From Verrucomicrobiota bacterium (GTDB lineage: Bacteria > Chlamydiota > Chlamydiia > Chlamydiales > 2-12-FULL-49-11): DNA of 59,190 nt. The DNA lies in assembly GCA_018240105.1 (NCBI GenBank), contig JAFEGE010000094.1, positions 1-59,190 on the forward strand, given 5' to 3'. Numbering within the stretch: position 1 is the first letter of the stretch; each line of letters opens with the position of its first letter. Of the stretch, positions 1 through 9,398 are shown piece by piece. The position numbers were made by a program, and so were the translations under genes. A model generated the notes under the pieces. The model ran no database searches. It was given only the letters and a program-made list of their open reading frames with translations, and was not told where the DNA came from.

Positions 1-264
1 GACTAGGCTTGATGTACACGCAGGGCATTTACATTCCATAAGAGACTCCATTGTATAAAAGTCCGCCTATTATATGGATCGCCAATGATTTTTTGAAGTC
101 CCAGCATTACATGTTGAGGACTACCTATTTTTCTAAAACATTACACAAACAAACTGGGTTGACTGCCATAATTAAATCGGGGTATTCACGAGATTTTTTA
201 TTATAAAAAAATACATATTCCAAAAAATCTTCTAAATCTCTAAATTATATGGGCAAGGTAAATT

Positions 265-726
265 ATGAAATCTTTATCAGCCCATATCAAAACCTTAGAT
301 TTTGCTGCTGCAGATGAACTTCTGAAAGAAGCAACCGTTTGTATCAGCCGCTGGGGCGGCCGTGTTGTAAAGGTAGAGGTAGAAGGAGATACTCTCCAAA
401 AAACAAGCTCTTTGGACAAATTAGCTCTTACAATAAAAGCCATGGCACGAGAGCGAAAGAAAAACTCTTCACTAACACCTAAGGAAAGCGCTGCGGGCGA
501 GCGTATTATTGATAAGCTTCAACTCTTTTATCGAGAAACTGATATTCCAAAAGAGGATCGATCTTTTATCACAAGCGCGCTTCAGTGGATGCGTGATTGT
601 CACTGCATAAGAGATTTACCGAGATACTCTTTAGAGTTGACAAGAGGCTACCTTACGCTTGAAACACCAAGCCCTAGAAGGCGTGGTCCCTCAAGCGGTA
701 GCGGCCCCTACTTGACCCTTGCTTAA
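265..726 (+). CDS. hypothetical protein, 153 aa
   Basis: Only long ORF in the interval. No motif recognised. Its 3' end overlaps the stop of convergent pepC by 4 nt. Antisense ORF 240..443 judged noise. Confidence 0.4.
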   Translation: MKSLSAHIKTLDFAAADELLKEATVCISRWGGRVVKVEVEGDTLQKTSSLDKLALTIKAMARERKKNSSLTPKESAAGERIIDKLQLFYRETDIPKEDRSFITSALQWMRDCHCIRDLPRYSLELTRGYLTLETPSPRRRGPSSGSGPYLTLA

Positions 727-2072
727 GAAGCAAGAGAGCCGAAAGGATCCCAAGGGGGGAGAACAGTCGGTTTTTCTCTTGCAGCCTGTAAGATTTTCTC
801 TGAAAGAAACTTCTTCTCGATAGCGACTTCAAACATATAGTCATCAAACCAGCTATCGCTCATGACAAAGAAGCCCTTTTCACCGAGTTTATCGCCCCAG
901 CTATTCTCTACACGGTAGCGATAGCTATGCACATCAACTCCCGTAAAGAGCATCGCATGGGTCATCTGGCTATCAAAGTAGTTAATTCTAGTCTCTTTAT
1001 TCATGCCAAAGGAGACGCTAAACAAAGATTCAAAATCGAAAAGATTGCGATCCATAACACCAATTTCTCTATCAAGCCACTTGCCAACATCACACCCAAA
1101 CCAAACCGACTCATCGTTTGTCAAAGAATCGACAACCGCTTTTTTCATATCTTCCATCGGCACATTGATATACAAGATAGGCTTTCCTTCCCAGACATTA
1201 CCTAAATGGGCAACAGTGTAGGCCTTATAGTAAGGGGTTGCTTTACGCGGACTATGAATTAAACAAACATAGTCATCTAGATCTGTATGTACGTGGTTTT
1301 TATAGAAGCTATGGGGTGTCTCATTCGGAAAGGTGTGGTATTTTTTCTCTTTATCCCGAAAGGTCCAAGTAAAGGTCTCAGGTGGCGTTCCGAGATGGAT
1401 AGCAACAATTCTATAGATCTCTTCCATCATCTCTTTTTTAGCTTTTTCTAGAAGAGCCGGACTTTTACCCTCTTCCATCATCGTACGTAAGATATAGGCA
1501 TCTTCTCGAAGCTTGTGAGTGACGTAGTAGTTCATTTGCTGCGAGTTTAGAGCCCCTTGGCTATCAGGGTACACAGACTGGGGGACAAGGCCATATTTTT
1601 CGACTAAATTTTGAAACATATGCCACTGGCCACCATCTTGGACAGGGCTGTTAAGCAAATGTGCCATCAAGCGCCCATCTAACGGCTCCTTTCCAGTCGC
1701 CAAAATGCTCTCTAAAAAGTAGTTGGCCTTTTCAATTTTATCCCAAAAGAAGAGGTGCGTCTGTGAAAACTCAAACTTCTCCAATTTGTACTTCTTCGCA
1801 AGCTTAAGTCGTAAAAGGTTTAATGCCGCAAAAAGCCAACATCTACCGCTTTTTTGCTGGTTTGTCACTCCCATCTCAGAGGAGACCACATGAGAAAAGA
1901 CATGGGTTACATTCGCAAAGGCGTCCCACTTTAAGGCCACATTGCGCCCCTCAGTTCTAGAGAGGGCATTCTGGGCCATCTTATTGCCACTTGATCCGTA
2001 AAATTTACTTCGAAAGTCTTTTAAATCTGTTAACGATAACCCTTGCTCTTTCTTAGGCACTGCTTTCTCCAT
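723..2072 (-). CDS. pepC: aminopeptidase C / bleomycin-hydrolase-type cysteine peptidase (C1B)
   Basis: 449-aa ORF with the active-site block QQKSGRCWLFAALN (oxyanion Gln plus nucleophile Cys) and the papain-family VENSWG block near the C-terminus. Length fits PepC. Confidence 0.9.
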   Translation of the reverse strand: MEKAVPKKEQGLSLTDLKDFRSKFYGSSGNKMAQNALSRTEGRNVALKWDAFANVTHVFSHVVSSEMGVTNQQKSGRCWLFAALNLLRLKLAKKYKLEKFEFSQTHLFFWDKIEKANYFLESILATGKEPLDGRLMAHLLNSPVQDGGQWHMFQNLVEKYGLVPQSVYPDSQGALNSQQMNYYVTHKLREDAYILRTMMEEGKSPALLEKAKKEMMEEIYRIVAIHLGTPPETFTWTFRDKEKKYHTFPNETPHSFYKNHVHTDLDDYVCLIHSPRKATPYYKAYTVAHLGNVWEGKPILYINVPMEDMKKAVVDSLTNDESVWFGCDVGKWLDREIGVMDRNLFDFESLFSVSFGMNKETRINYFDSQMTHAMLFTGVDVHSYRYRVENSWGDKLGEKGFFVMSDSWFDDYMFEVAIEKKFLSEKILQAAREKPTVLPPWDPFGSLAS

Positions 2073-2220
2073 GTGTCTCCCTATTTATGCTAAAAAACCT
2101 GTTTTATCACAGAGGCTTTTATTTCGAAAAAAGAATCGTGAGATGATAGCAAAACCTCCCGATTTTTCCAAATGGTATGCCATGTGCCCTTTGATGGTAT
2201 AGCTCTTGTAGTTTTTCTGT

Positions 2221-2392
2221 ATACTCAAGTGAATTCAAAAATTGGATTTTTGGCAAAACCAGAGCTTATAATTTGCATTAGATGAAATCGCTGCTAAAGC
2301 AAGCCTCTATAGGATATAGGGCGAGCTTTAGCGAATGCAAATTATAAGATTCCAGTGAAGCTAAAAACCAATTTTTGAATTTATTTGAGTAT
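2221..2392. repeat. 172-bp imperfect long palindrome (MITE-like or structured-RNA-like element)
   Basis: Left arm 2221..2279 matches the reverse complement of 2334..2392. The outer 25 nt match at 23/25 and the inner 15 nt (cttataatttgcatt) match perfectly. The central 54 nt is itself partly palindromic. Lies in the 497-bp divergent spacer between pepC and ORF 2570. Confidence 0.75.
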
Positions 2393-2569
2393 TAAAAGCC
2401 CTATCTTGCTTATAACAGCTTTAAAAGCCATTAAGCCGCTCTATATCAATTAGATAATCTCTTTTAGATTAATAGAGACACCTCCGCAAAAGCCTGTAAG
2501 TTAAAAATTCTATATATAAAATTAATACTAAATAATTTATAATTAATATAATAAATAATAGGTTTTATT

Positions 2570-3001
2570 ATGACATTAGAAATCGCAGGAGCAGTCCATA
2601 ATCTTTTATGGCTCAAAGAGCAAGCAAGTCAGGGCCGTTTAAAGCCAAGTGGGGTTGCCTGGCTTAAACATTTTGTCACGCTTTTAAATAGCGCTGCTAA
2701 AACCGATGTAGAAAAAGCTATAAAAGAATTAAAAGATCTTTCTCCTAATTTAGGCCCCAATCTTTTATACCCGGATATTTTGCCAAAAGGCATCAGAGGA
2801 AGGTTGCTTTATCCTATCCGAAGCTTCGAACAAAAGGATGCGGATGCAGCAGTTAAAGCAGCTGACCGAATATGTGATAATTCGGCAAAGATAACAGCCT
2901 TGCGAACCTTAATCTTAGCTACGAGCTCAGGTTCCGAAGACGACGAATCTACAAAATCGAGCCCAACAACAGTCGTTTCTGTTCCCCCTGATGCCGCATA
3001 A
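2570..3001 (+). CDS. hypothetical protein, 143 aa
   Basis: ORF preceded by an extremely AT-rich promoter-like spacer. No motif recognised. Confidence 0.45.
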   Translation: MTLEIAGAVHNLLWLKEQASQGRLKPSGVAWLKHFVTLLNSAAKTDVEKAIKELKDLSPNLGPNLLYPDILPKGIRGRLLYPIRSFEQKDADAAVKAADRICDNSAKITALRTLILATSSGSEDDESTKSSPTTVVSVPPDAA

Positions 3002-3071
3002 ACAACATAACGTTTATTATCAGACGTTGTTTTAGTAGTGAAAAGTAAATTTAAAATAACCATCACCTAGG

Positions 3072-3443
3072 ATGATTATGGACATTCCAAACTTTTTAGA
3101 AATAGCAGCCTTCCATGACTATTCCTCAACTCTGCACGAAGCTTCTAGCTCAATGCTTCCCGTTAACCCAAATTACTGCATATTGATCAGCTTTATGGTC
3201 GCATCGATCGCTGCCGTATTGATAAGGCAAGCAATACCAGTAAGAGCTCAAACACCAACCAGTACAATCGAGAGGTTCCAAAGACTTCTTAATCGATATC
3301 CTAATGGAGTAGAAAGAGAGCTCACCCAAGAACTTATTGAACGAGAAACTTCTAGAGTTAATGAAACACATCACATAGATCGGATCGATGCCCCCTTGGA
3401 AGTGGCTTTAATTCATGGAAATTCTTTGACTAATAGACACTAA
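3072..3443 (+). CDS. hypothetical protein with one hydrophobic segment, 123 aa
   Basis: ORF with the TM-like stretch YCILISFMVASIAAVLI. No family recognised. Confidence 0.4.
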   Translation: MIMDIPNFLEIAAFHDYSSTLHEASSSMLPVNPNYCILISFMVASIAAVLIRQAIPVRAQTPTSTIERFQRLLNRYPNGVERELTQELIERETSRVNETHHIDRIDAPLEVALIHGNSLTNRH

Positions 3444-3504
3444 ATTTACAGGACACTTGGGGACTTCTTAATAAGGAGCCCCCCTGTCTGAAGAGATCAA
3501 TTCT

Positions 3505-3819
3505 CTAGTCTTCTTGCCAAGATCGTTTTTGCGGCTGTAGGAGAATCGGGTTATGAAACTCTAGGCGAAATCTGGCAGGGCCGATCTCTTTGGTCTTTTT
3601 GTAATGAACAGAGATAGGTATGATACGCTTATTTGTGATAAGCATATAGCCACCAGGCACCTTTAAAAGCTGTTCTATAACGTCTCCGCTAGGAACAAGC
3701 TCATTAAGCTCAGGGCTAGAGAGGACCGTTTCCATCTCCTTTTTGCTCTGGGCTGCTGGGGGTAATACGGCCATTAAAGGCGTTGTAAGTACTAGAAGGG
3801 CAAATAAAATTTTCTTCAT
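3505..3819 (-). CDS. small secreted hypothetical protein
   Basis: ORF 3505..3846. The internal Met at 3819 begins a classical signal peptide (MKKILFALLVLTTPLMAV), so the shorter start is preferred. Confidence 0.5.
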   Translation of the reverse strand: MKKILFALLVLTTPLMAVLPPAAQSKKEMETVLSSPELNELVPSGDVIEQLLKVPGGYMLITNKRIIPISVHYKKTKEIGPARFRLEFHNPILLQPQKRSWQED

Positions 3820-3940
3820 AAATCCACCATGACTGTAATAACGCAAAGAGATGCGTTTTTCTCAATCTTTATCATAGGGAAAGCAGGCTTTATGAGATAC
3901 AAATACCTGAAAAATAAGAAGTTGCAGGTATTTTGTTTTT

Positions 3941-3969
3941 TAGAAAATTAAAGGGGCAAGAAGCCCCCT
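3941..3969 (-). terminator. rho-independent terminator candidate downstream of ORF 3992..4207
   Basis: On the minus strand a GC hairpin (GGGGC-ttctt-GCCCC) is followed by TTTAATTTTCT. Confidence 0.5.
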
Positions 3970-3991
3970 AAGATAAGCCTTTTTAAGCGAG

Positions 3992-4207
3992 TTACCTTAT
4001 TTGGAGAACAGTTCGATGCCCTAATTGACCACGTTGCTCGTCTAAAGTTTGAGCCATTTTGCGTCTTAGGATTTCAGAACCATCTGCAACAGCTCCAAAA
4101 AACTGCTGTCCAGCACGACTTACGCTGTTTACACATCGTACCATACAAACAGTGGCAGCAACTGTTGCAACCGCAACCGATACAGCTGTCGTTGTAAATG
4201 CTCCCAT
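3992..4207 (-). CDS. small hypothetical protein, 71 aa, hydrophobic N-terminus
   Basis: ORF followed by a terminator-like hairpin. Competes with the overlapping + strand ORF 4059..4376, which is low-complexity and AT-driven. Confidence 0.35.
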   Translation of the reverse strand: MGAFTTTAVSVAVATVAATVCMVRCVNSVSRAGQQFFGAVADGSEILRRKMAQTLDEQRGQLGHRTVLQIR

Positions 4208-4338
4208 TAAAATACTTCCACTGCTACTACCGCTTCTCCTTGGTTATATTATTCGATTAAAAATAATAACATTATTACCTCTAAAAACCAATAAAATAAA
4301 CTATATTTTTGCTATTATAATTATAAATAATTTTAATT

Positions 4339-5124
4339 TTGGAAAAATTGGAAAAAATAGAGATCGCAACCCATAGAGGTGGCAGTAAACGCTTTCCAGA
4401 GAACTCTTTAGCCGCTTTTTTGGAGAGTTGGGCCCATTTGGCTATTCCTGAAATGGATATACAGAGGTTAAGCGATGGCCTCTTACTTGTCTGTCATGAT
4501 GAAACCCTAGATAGAACAGTCGAAAACCTCCCCTCTTCTTTAAAAAACAGACCTCTTAGCGAAATCTCATCTAAAGAGATTAAAGAGCTTACTCTGGAGA
4601 CAACCTTAAAGGGCTTCTCCCCACCTCTTCCCCTTTTTGAAGAGGTTTTACAGTACGTCCAGAAGGATCCCAAAAAGCAGATCTTTATCGATAACAAATC
4701 AGCCTCTCTTACAAGAGAGATCTTGCCTCTTATAGAGTACTACCGGGTAGAGAAACAGTGCTGGGTAACAGGCACTTCTCTATCCGATTTAGAGGAGGCA
4801 AAAAAGCTTCTCCCTACGATCCATACACAGGTCTGGGTGAACGCCCCTTCTCTGGAAGAGGTAGATAGCCTTTTTACTAAAGCTTTGGCCAATTCCTGTA
4901 TTGATTCGGTCCTGTTTGTTTTAGCAAAGAGTCGGAAACCAACCAGCTCTTTTCATCTACCACACTGGTACATCAAAGAGAGCGAACTTAAATGTCGCAA
5001 GAAAAAGCATAGCCTTGCTGTCTATTACACACAGTATACTCGACCTCTTTTCCAAGAGCTTCGAAGCCTGGGCGTGCGGAGATTTGCCGTCGATGTTTTA
5101 GAGGACTTTAAACAGCTTTTATAG
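4339..5124 (+). CDS. glycerophosphodiester phosphodiesterase family protein
   Basis: GDPD N-terminal block ATHRGGSKRFPENSLAAF and the VCHDETLDRT block. TTG start as given in the track. Confidence 0.8.
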   Translation: MEKLEKIEIATHRGGSKRFPENSLAAFLESWAHLAIPEMDIQRLSDGLLLVCHDETLDRTVENLPSSLKNRPLSEISSKEIKELTLETTLKGFSPPLPLFEEVLQYVQKDPKKQIFIDNKSASLTREILPLIEYYRVEKQCWVTGTSLSDLEEAKKLLPTIHTQVWVNAPSLEEVDSLFTKALANSCIDSVLFVLAKSRKPTSSFHLPHWYIKESELKCRKKKHSLAVYYTQYTRPLFQELRSLGVRRFAVDVLEDFKQLL

Positions 5125-5129
5125 AAAAG

Positions 5130-5876
5130 CTATTTTAAATCTGCAGATAGCTTTTTAATCACTCTTTTAGATGCTGCGCCTGGAGGAGATTCCCTCTCAT
5201 CTGGCTCTACCGGGAAGTATTTAAGATTAGCTTCATTTATAGACCAATTACCCTCTTTAAAACTCTTTTCTATCCCGATAAGAGTAAAATTTGCCTCAGG
5301 AAATTTCGTTTTCAAGAGGTTATATAATTCGATTGTTTGCATAGTTGTAATATCTTCTCGCACAAGATAAACGCGTAATCCTGAATTGAGAACCGCATAA
5401 AATCTAGCAATTCTACGCTCGTACTTTTCTTTAGTTTTATGGTAATCCTCTACGGCTATTTTACTAGAAGAGATAAGCCCTTGCGGACTCTCCACCCAGT
5501 CTTCCATGTTGATAGGCTCATGTGGAAAATAGAGATGGTAGCGCTTATTGATCAATTGCTTTTCCTCTACCCACCTTGTAAACACCTCGAAATTAAAAAA
5601 ATCTTCGAAGTCATTTTGTATAATCGCACAAAGATCTTCAAAAGGCGTGATGATCCAATCAAAGGGAAAAGAGTACTCTCTTAGACCATATTTTTTACTT
5701 TTTCGAGCAACACCACACGATCTCCCTAAGCTTATAACAATACCCTTAGGTTTTTTCTGGAGTAAATTTTTAACATCCGCTTGAACCCCTTTATCTTCTA
5801 GCTGTTTATTTACAAACCCCGGGGCAATAATAAGAAAAACAGCAAAAAGTAGAATTTTTTTTATAAAAAAGCTCAT
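5130..5876 (-). CDS. membrane-anchored or secreted protein, DUF1796-like (putative papain-like peptidase family)
   Basis: N-terminal hydrophobic anchor, then ISLGRSCGVARKSKKYGLREYSFPFDWIITP. From memory this resembles the DUF1796 signature (SLG.nC....L...gL...s.PFDW). Not verified. Confidence 0.5.
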   Translation of the reverse strand: MSFFIKKILLFAVFLIIAPGFVNKQLEDKGVQADVKNLLQKKPKGIVISLGRSCGVARKSKKYGLREYSFPFDWIITPFEDLCAIIQNDFEDFFNFEVFTRWVEEKQLINKRYHLYFPHEPINMEDWVESPQGLISSSKIAVEDYHKTKEKYERRIARFYAVLNSGLRVYLVREDITTMQTIELYNLLKTKFPEANFTLIGIEKSFKEGNWSINEANLKYFPVEPDERESPPGAASKRVIKKLSADLK

Positions 5877-5990
5877 CGATATGTAATCTTAATTTTTAAG
5901 CTACAGAATATGCTATTGCAATCTTTTTCTGCACGCTAATACAGGGCTATTTCAGCGGCGTGAAATTGGAGTGTATTGTATCTTATTTGG

Positions 5991-6980
5991 ATGAGCCCTC
6001 TTCCCCAAGACAAAAATGGTTGCCCCTATCTCCAACTAGCCCCCATGGAGGGTGTCGGCGACCGCTCCTTTCGAAAAGCCATGGCATCTATTGGAGGGTT
6101 TGATGAGGCTGTTAGAGACTTTCTTCGAGTCCCCACAAACGCCCATGTAAGAAGCTTGGCCAAGGTCTATGTTGCGAGTGAGTTATCCCCTATTCCCCTT
6201 GCAGCCCAAATTATGGGATCTGACCCTCATTCAATGGCAAACATGGCTGTGGAACTCGTAAAAAAAGGAGCGCTCCGCATCGATGTCAATTGTGGCTGTC
6301 CCTCTAATACAGTAACAGGAAACGGTGCTGGTTCAAGCCTCTTAAAAGACCCCAATATTTTGCATACAGTAGCAAAAGCCGTTGTAGAGGCAGTCTCTAT
6401 TCCTGTAACGGTAAAAATGAGATCTGGCTATGAAGACATCTCTCTCTTTGAGGAGAATGTATTGGCTGCAGAAGCAACCGGCGTCTCTTACATCACCCTA
6501 CACCCACGCACAAAAGTCGATGGCTATGGACCACCCGCTCGCTGGGATTTGATTGCCAGGGCAAAATCTCTTCTTAAAATCCCTCTCGTAGGCAATGGCG
6601 ATATTCTAACGGTAAAGGATGCTCTCACTATGCTAGAGACAACAAAGTGTGATGGACTCATGATCGGCCGAGGTAGCATCATCAACCCCTTCCTTTTCCA
6701 AGAAATTCGCGCGCACTACGCAGGTATCCCTTATGAGCCGAAGTGGGAAGATCTTCTTGGATTTCTTGAAACTTTTATAAGAGATACTCCAGAGAGCTTT
6801 TCCACAAGACTCCGCTTAAACAAACTAAAGCAGCTCTTGGGCTTCATGTTCAGGGCTAATCCAGAGCTCTTGCAAAAGAGGCAATCCGTTTTAAGCTCTT
6901 CCTATACCGATCCTGAAGCTTTCCTTGCCTTCGCACTACCTCTTCTCAAAGAGAATTGGCGCTCTTATCTAACAGTGTAG
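5991..6980 (+). CDS. dus: tRNA-dihydrouridine synthase
   Basis: Dus blocks LAPMEGVGDRSFRK, DVNCGCPS (catalytic Cys), TVKMRSG and ITLHPRT. The first ATG at 5991 is preferred over TTG 5976. Confidence 0.85.
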   Translation: MSPLPQDKNGCPYLQLAPMEGVGDRSFRKAMASIGGFDEAVRDFLRVPTNAHVRSLAKVYVASELSPIPLAAQIMGSDPHSMANMAVELVKKGALRIDVNCGCPSNTVTGNGAGSSLLKDPNILHTVAKAVVEAVSIPVTVKMRSGYEDISLFEENVLAAEATGVSYITLHPRTKVDGYGPPARWDLIARAKSLLKIPLVGNGDILTVKDALTMLETTKCDGLMIGRGSIINPFLFQEIRAHYAGIPYEPKWEDLLGFLETFIRDTPESFSTRLRLNKLKQLLGFMFRANPELLQKRQSVLSSSYTDPEAFLAFALPLLKENWRSYLTV

Positions 6981-7080
6981 TTAATTTTTTATTATAATTT
7001 TAATTATAGAGTTACATTGCAATTATTTACAAAAAACTAAATAAGCATGTATAATTTCTAAAAAACTCTAGGAGTTCTTC

Positions 7081-7374
7081 ATGTTAGCTGCTGAAAGGTA
7101 TACTTTACAAAACACGCTACAGTGGGGCCTATTTCGCGCTCACTGCGACAAAGCTTCAGAGAGCTCCTCTACAGGCTCTAGATTTCTCCATGTAACTCTT
7201 GCCGCTCTAGAAGCACTCCCCATTCTTTCTCAGCTTGTCTCCTTAGTTGAGTATGTAGTAGCTTCTATATTTTTACGCCTTTCTGCTGCACCAACACCTA
7301 AAGAGCCTCCAGTCGCTCCGAAAGTAGATGTTATAAGCCCACCACCTATTCCTGCAGAGCCAAAAAAAGAATAA
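7081..7374 (+). CDS. hypothetical protein, 97 aa, hydrophobic core and Pro-rich tail (possibly the 5' part of a frameshifted gene)
   Basis: ORF ends just after an A7 run (7362..7368). The -1 frame is open from there into ORF 7416..7952. Confidence 0.45.
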   Translation: MLAAERYTLQNTLQWGLFRAHCDKASESSSTGSRFLHVTLAALEALPILSQLVSLVEYVVASIFLRLSAAPTPKEPPVAPKVDVISPPPIPAEPKKE

Positions 7375-7415
7375 ATCCCGAGCCCGTAACAGATGCGTGC
7401 CTTCCCCCAGAAGTA

Positions 7416-7952
7416 ATGGCACTTCCAGCAACATTACGAGAAATCGCTAAAGACACCGAAGCGATGCATAAAGAGGTAGTTCGCCTAAGTAAAGAAATCA
7501 CGGAAACTGCTACGCGTCTAGAGAAAGAAGCAAGAGCGTTTATTTCTACCATGGACATTGATCTCTATGATATGAGAAAAGCAGCTTGCGCCCTCGAGGG
7601 TATCTCATCTATGGCTAATATTATGGTAAAAAGCAAAGGATCTATCATTGAATCTGAGATAAGAACCTTTACAGAACTTAAAGCCTCTTTCTCTTCATCA
7701 GGGCTTGCAATCTGTGCTAAGGACTCTGTAGAGAAAAGTTTAAAAGAGACTCTCAAACACAAAATTCCTACAATAGAAGGATTCAGAAAACAATTGATGG
7801 AGCAGCATGAGCTTGTTAAAAAGGCTCTTGTAGATTTAAGAGCTCGGCATGTTGTTGTAGAAAATTTTCTCTTAACAGTACGTGCTTACAACGAAAGACT
7901 AGCTCTAGAGCGTGATACACTAGCGCCAAAAACACCTGCGGCTACAAGCTAA
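7416..7952 (+). CDS. hypothetical coiled-coil protein, 178 aa (possibly the 3' part of a frameshifted gene)
   Basis: ORF rich in heptad-like charged helices and followed by a strong hairpin terminator. Its frame is open upstream back through the A7 run. Confidence 0.5.
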   Translation: MALPATLREIAKDTEAMHKEVVRLSKEITETATRLEKEARAFISTMDIDLYDMRKAACALEGISSMANIMVKSKGSIIESEIRTFTELKASFSSSGLAICAKDSVEKSLKETLKHKIPTIEGFRKQLMEQHELVKKALVDLRARHVVVENFLLTVRAYNERLALERDTLAPKTPAATS

Positions 7953-7954
7953 AA

Positions 7955-7978
7955 AAAATCGGGTTTTCACCCGATTTT
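7955..7978. terminator. bidirectional rho-independent terminator
   Basis: aaaatcgggt-tttc-acccgatttt is a 10-bp stem flanked by an A-run and a T-run. It sits between convergent genes ending at 7952 and 8009. Confidence 0.8.
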
Positions 7979-8008
7979 AGATCCTTATGACAATGGCCTG
8001 CAATAACT

Positions 8009-8623
8009 TTAGTTAGGATGCAGCTCGAAAGAGCCGATGAAATAGTCGTAGTTACCCTCTTGGTAATTGGGGATCTCACACTCCATGGCGAGAAGATAGA
8101 GGGTATTGTTAGCTTGGATGGCGCGTCCTTTGAAGTAGATTTGCTCTGTAGAGATGAAAAAGTCCATCCCTGGAAAACCTTGGACTTTCATAAGGTTTGC
8201 GTACATGAGCTTGTTTTTAGAGTTTTGCGCTAAGAGTGTATTTAGAAAATGCTCTAGGTTTTTTACAGCGTACTCTTCATTAACAACCCCTGGGTATTCG
8301 GCAATGAGGACCATGTAGACAGCTTTGCGGTCATGATCAGCTACGTATACATTGTACTTAAGCTCTTTACCACCCTCTTTCATCGGAAGCTTTTGACGTA
8401 GGTGGTCAGGATTTTTCGGGAAAGCAGCAGAGCACTTTCCTTCCTGAGAGCGCACCTTTTTCCAATCGGTATAGCTTGGCGCATTAGATGTTGCGATCTC
8501 TTGCTTTTTAACGACAAGGCCTGGAGCCTCGCTAAGCTTACTAACCATTGGCTTTGCAACCAAAAGTAGCCCTAAAAAGGTAGCAAATCCTTTTTTAGTA
8601 ATAGACATCCCACTTAGCTTCAT
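8009..8623 (-). CDS. secreted or lipoprotein-like hypothetical protein, 204 aa
   Basis: N-terminal signal-like segment KKGFATFLGLLLVAKP. No family recognised. Confidence 0.5.
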   Translation of the reverse strand: MKLSGMSITKKGFATFLGLLLVAKPMVSKLSEAPGLVVKKQEIATSNAPSYTDWKKVRSQEGKCSAAFPKNPDHLRQKLPMKEGGKELKYNVYVADHDRKAVYMVLIAEYPGVVNEEYAVKNLEHFLNTLLAQNSKNKLMYANLMKVQGFPGMDFFISTEQIYFKGRAIQANNTLYLLAMECEIPNYQEGNYDYFIGSFELHPN

Positions 8624-8641
8624 GAACCCCTTCCTTCCTGT

Positions 8642-9346
8642 TTAAAACTGTAGAAAACGTACAGCCATGGGTCGAAGATTCAACCCTTTTATTACCACCC
8701 AATCCAACGAGTTATCTAGAACTACAAGAATAAGCCAAGCAAGAAGCACATTCCAAATAGCGACCCACGCTGAAAATTTCTGAACCTCTCCCAAGGTATG
8801 AAAGAGAATAACACTTTGCCATAACCAAAAAACGATCTGGATTAAGAGCAACCCAAAGACCAAGATAGGAACAGCACCTGTTGTTAAGATAGGCGTGAAC
8901 ATCTTCTGTCCATACAAACCTACCATAATAAGCCAAGAGAGAAGCACAAATAGCTCCGGCACTCTTGACCATGCATACGCCTCTGTTATCTCTGGATAAG
9001 TTCCCTGCCCTTTAAAGACTTTACCTGTGATGTACAAAAGGTAAGAGGTCAAATAGATGAGAACAAAGCCAACTGGAATCGCAAGAAGTAGAGATCCAAG
9101 GGTTATAGTTACCACAGAGTATTTAAAACCAAGAATGTATGTATAAGCTTTCGAAAAGAGCCAAACAGCGCCCACTAGAAAAGCAAGCACCCAATGAAGA
9201 GGCTGTTTTTCTAAAAGCACCCTGCGGATAAAGCCGCGCGGGTCTTTCATAACACGAAAAGGCTGTTTTTTTTGATTTTCGTTCATTTTCGACTTTTTAT
9301 AATTATCCTTTAACTTAAAGTTATTGAAACTCTCAGTTTTTAACAA
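8642..9346 (-). CDS. polytopic membrane protein (Yip1-domain-like topology)
   Basis: Hydrophilic N-terminus followed by about five hydrophobic helices. The family assignment rests on topology only. Start may be the internal Met (MNENQKK). Confidence 0.5.
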   Translation of the reverse strand: MLKTESFNNFKLKDNYKKSKMNENQKKQPFRVMKDPRGFIRRVLLEKQPLHWVLAFLVGAVWLFSKAYTYILGFKYSVVTITLGSLLLAIPVGFVLIYLTSYLLYITGKVFKGQGTYPEITEAYAWSRVPELFVLLSWLIMVGLYGQKMFTPILTTGAVPILVFGLLLIQIVFWLWQSVILFHTLGEVQKFSAWVAIWNVLLAWLILVVLDNSLDWVVIKGLNLRPMAVRFLQF

Positions 9347-9398
9347 ATAAAAAAGCCAATGTAATTATTATTTAATTTTCACTCTGATAATTAACATG

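Noticed and set aside
1-58. Partial ORFs at the window edge: the + strand frame ends with TAA at 56..58, and the minus strand has a possible start MESLMECKCPAC at 51..1
   Set aside because: Both are too short and mutually exclusive, so neither reading can be supported from the window alone.
927-1221. ORFs 927..1205 and 1003..1221 on the + strand
   Set aside because: They lie entirely antisense within the well-supported pepC gene and have no motifs. They are typical shadow ORFs.
3901-3941. Hairpin aaatacctg-N15-caggtattt followed by a T-run on the + strand (terminator-like)
   Set aside because: No + strand gene or convincing small ORF lies upstream that it could terminate. It may be fortuitous in AT-rich spacer, or part of the minus-strand 5' UTR.
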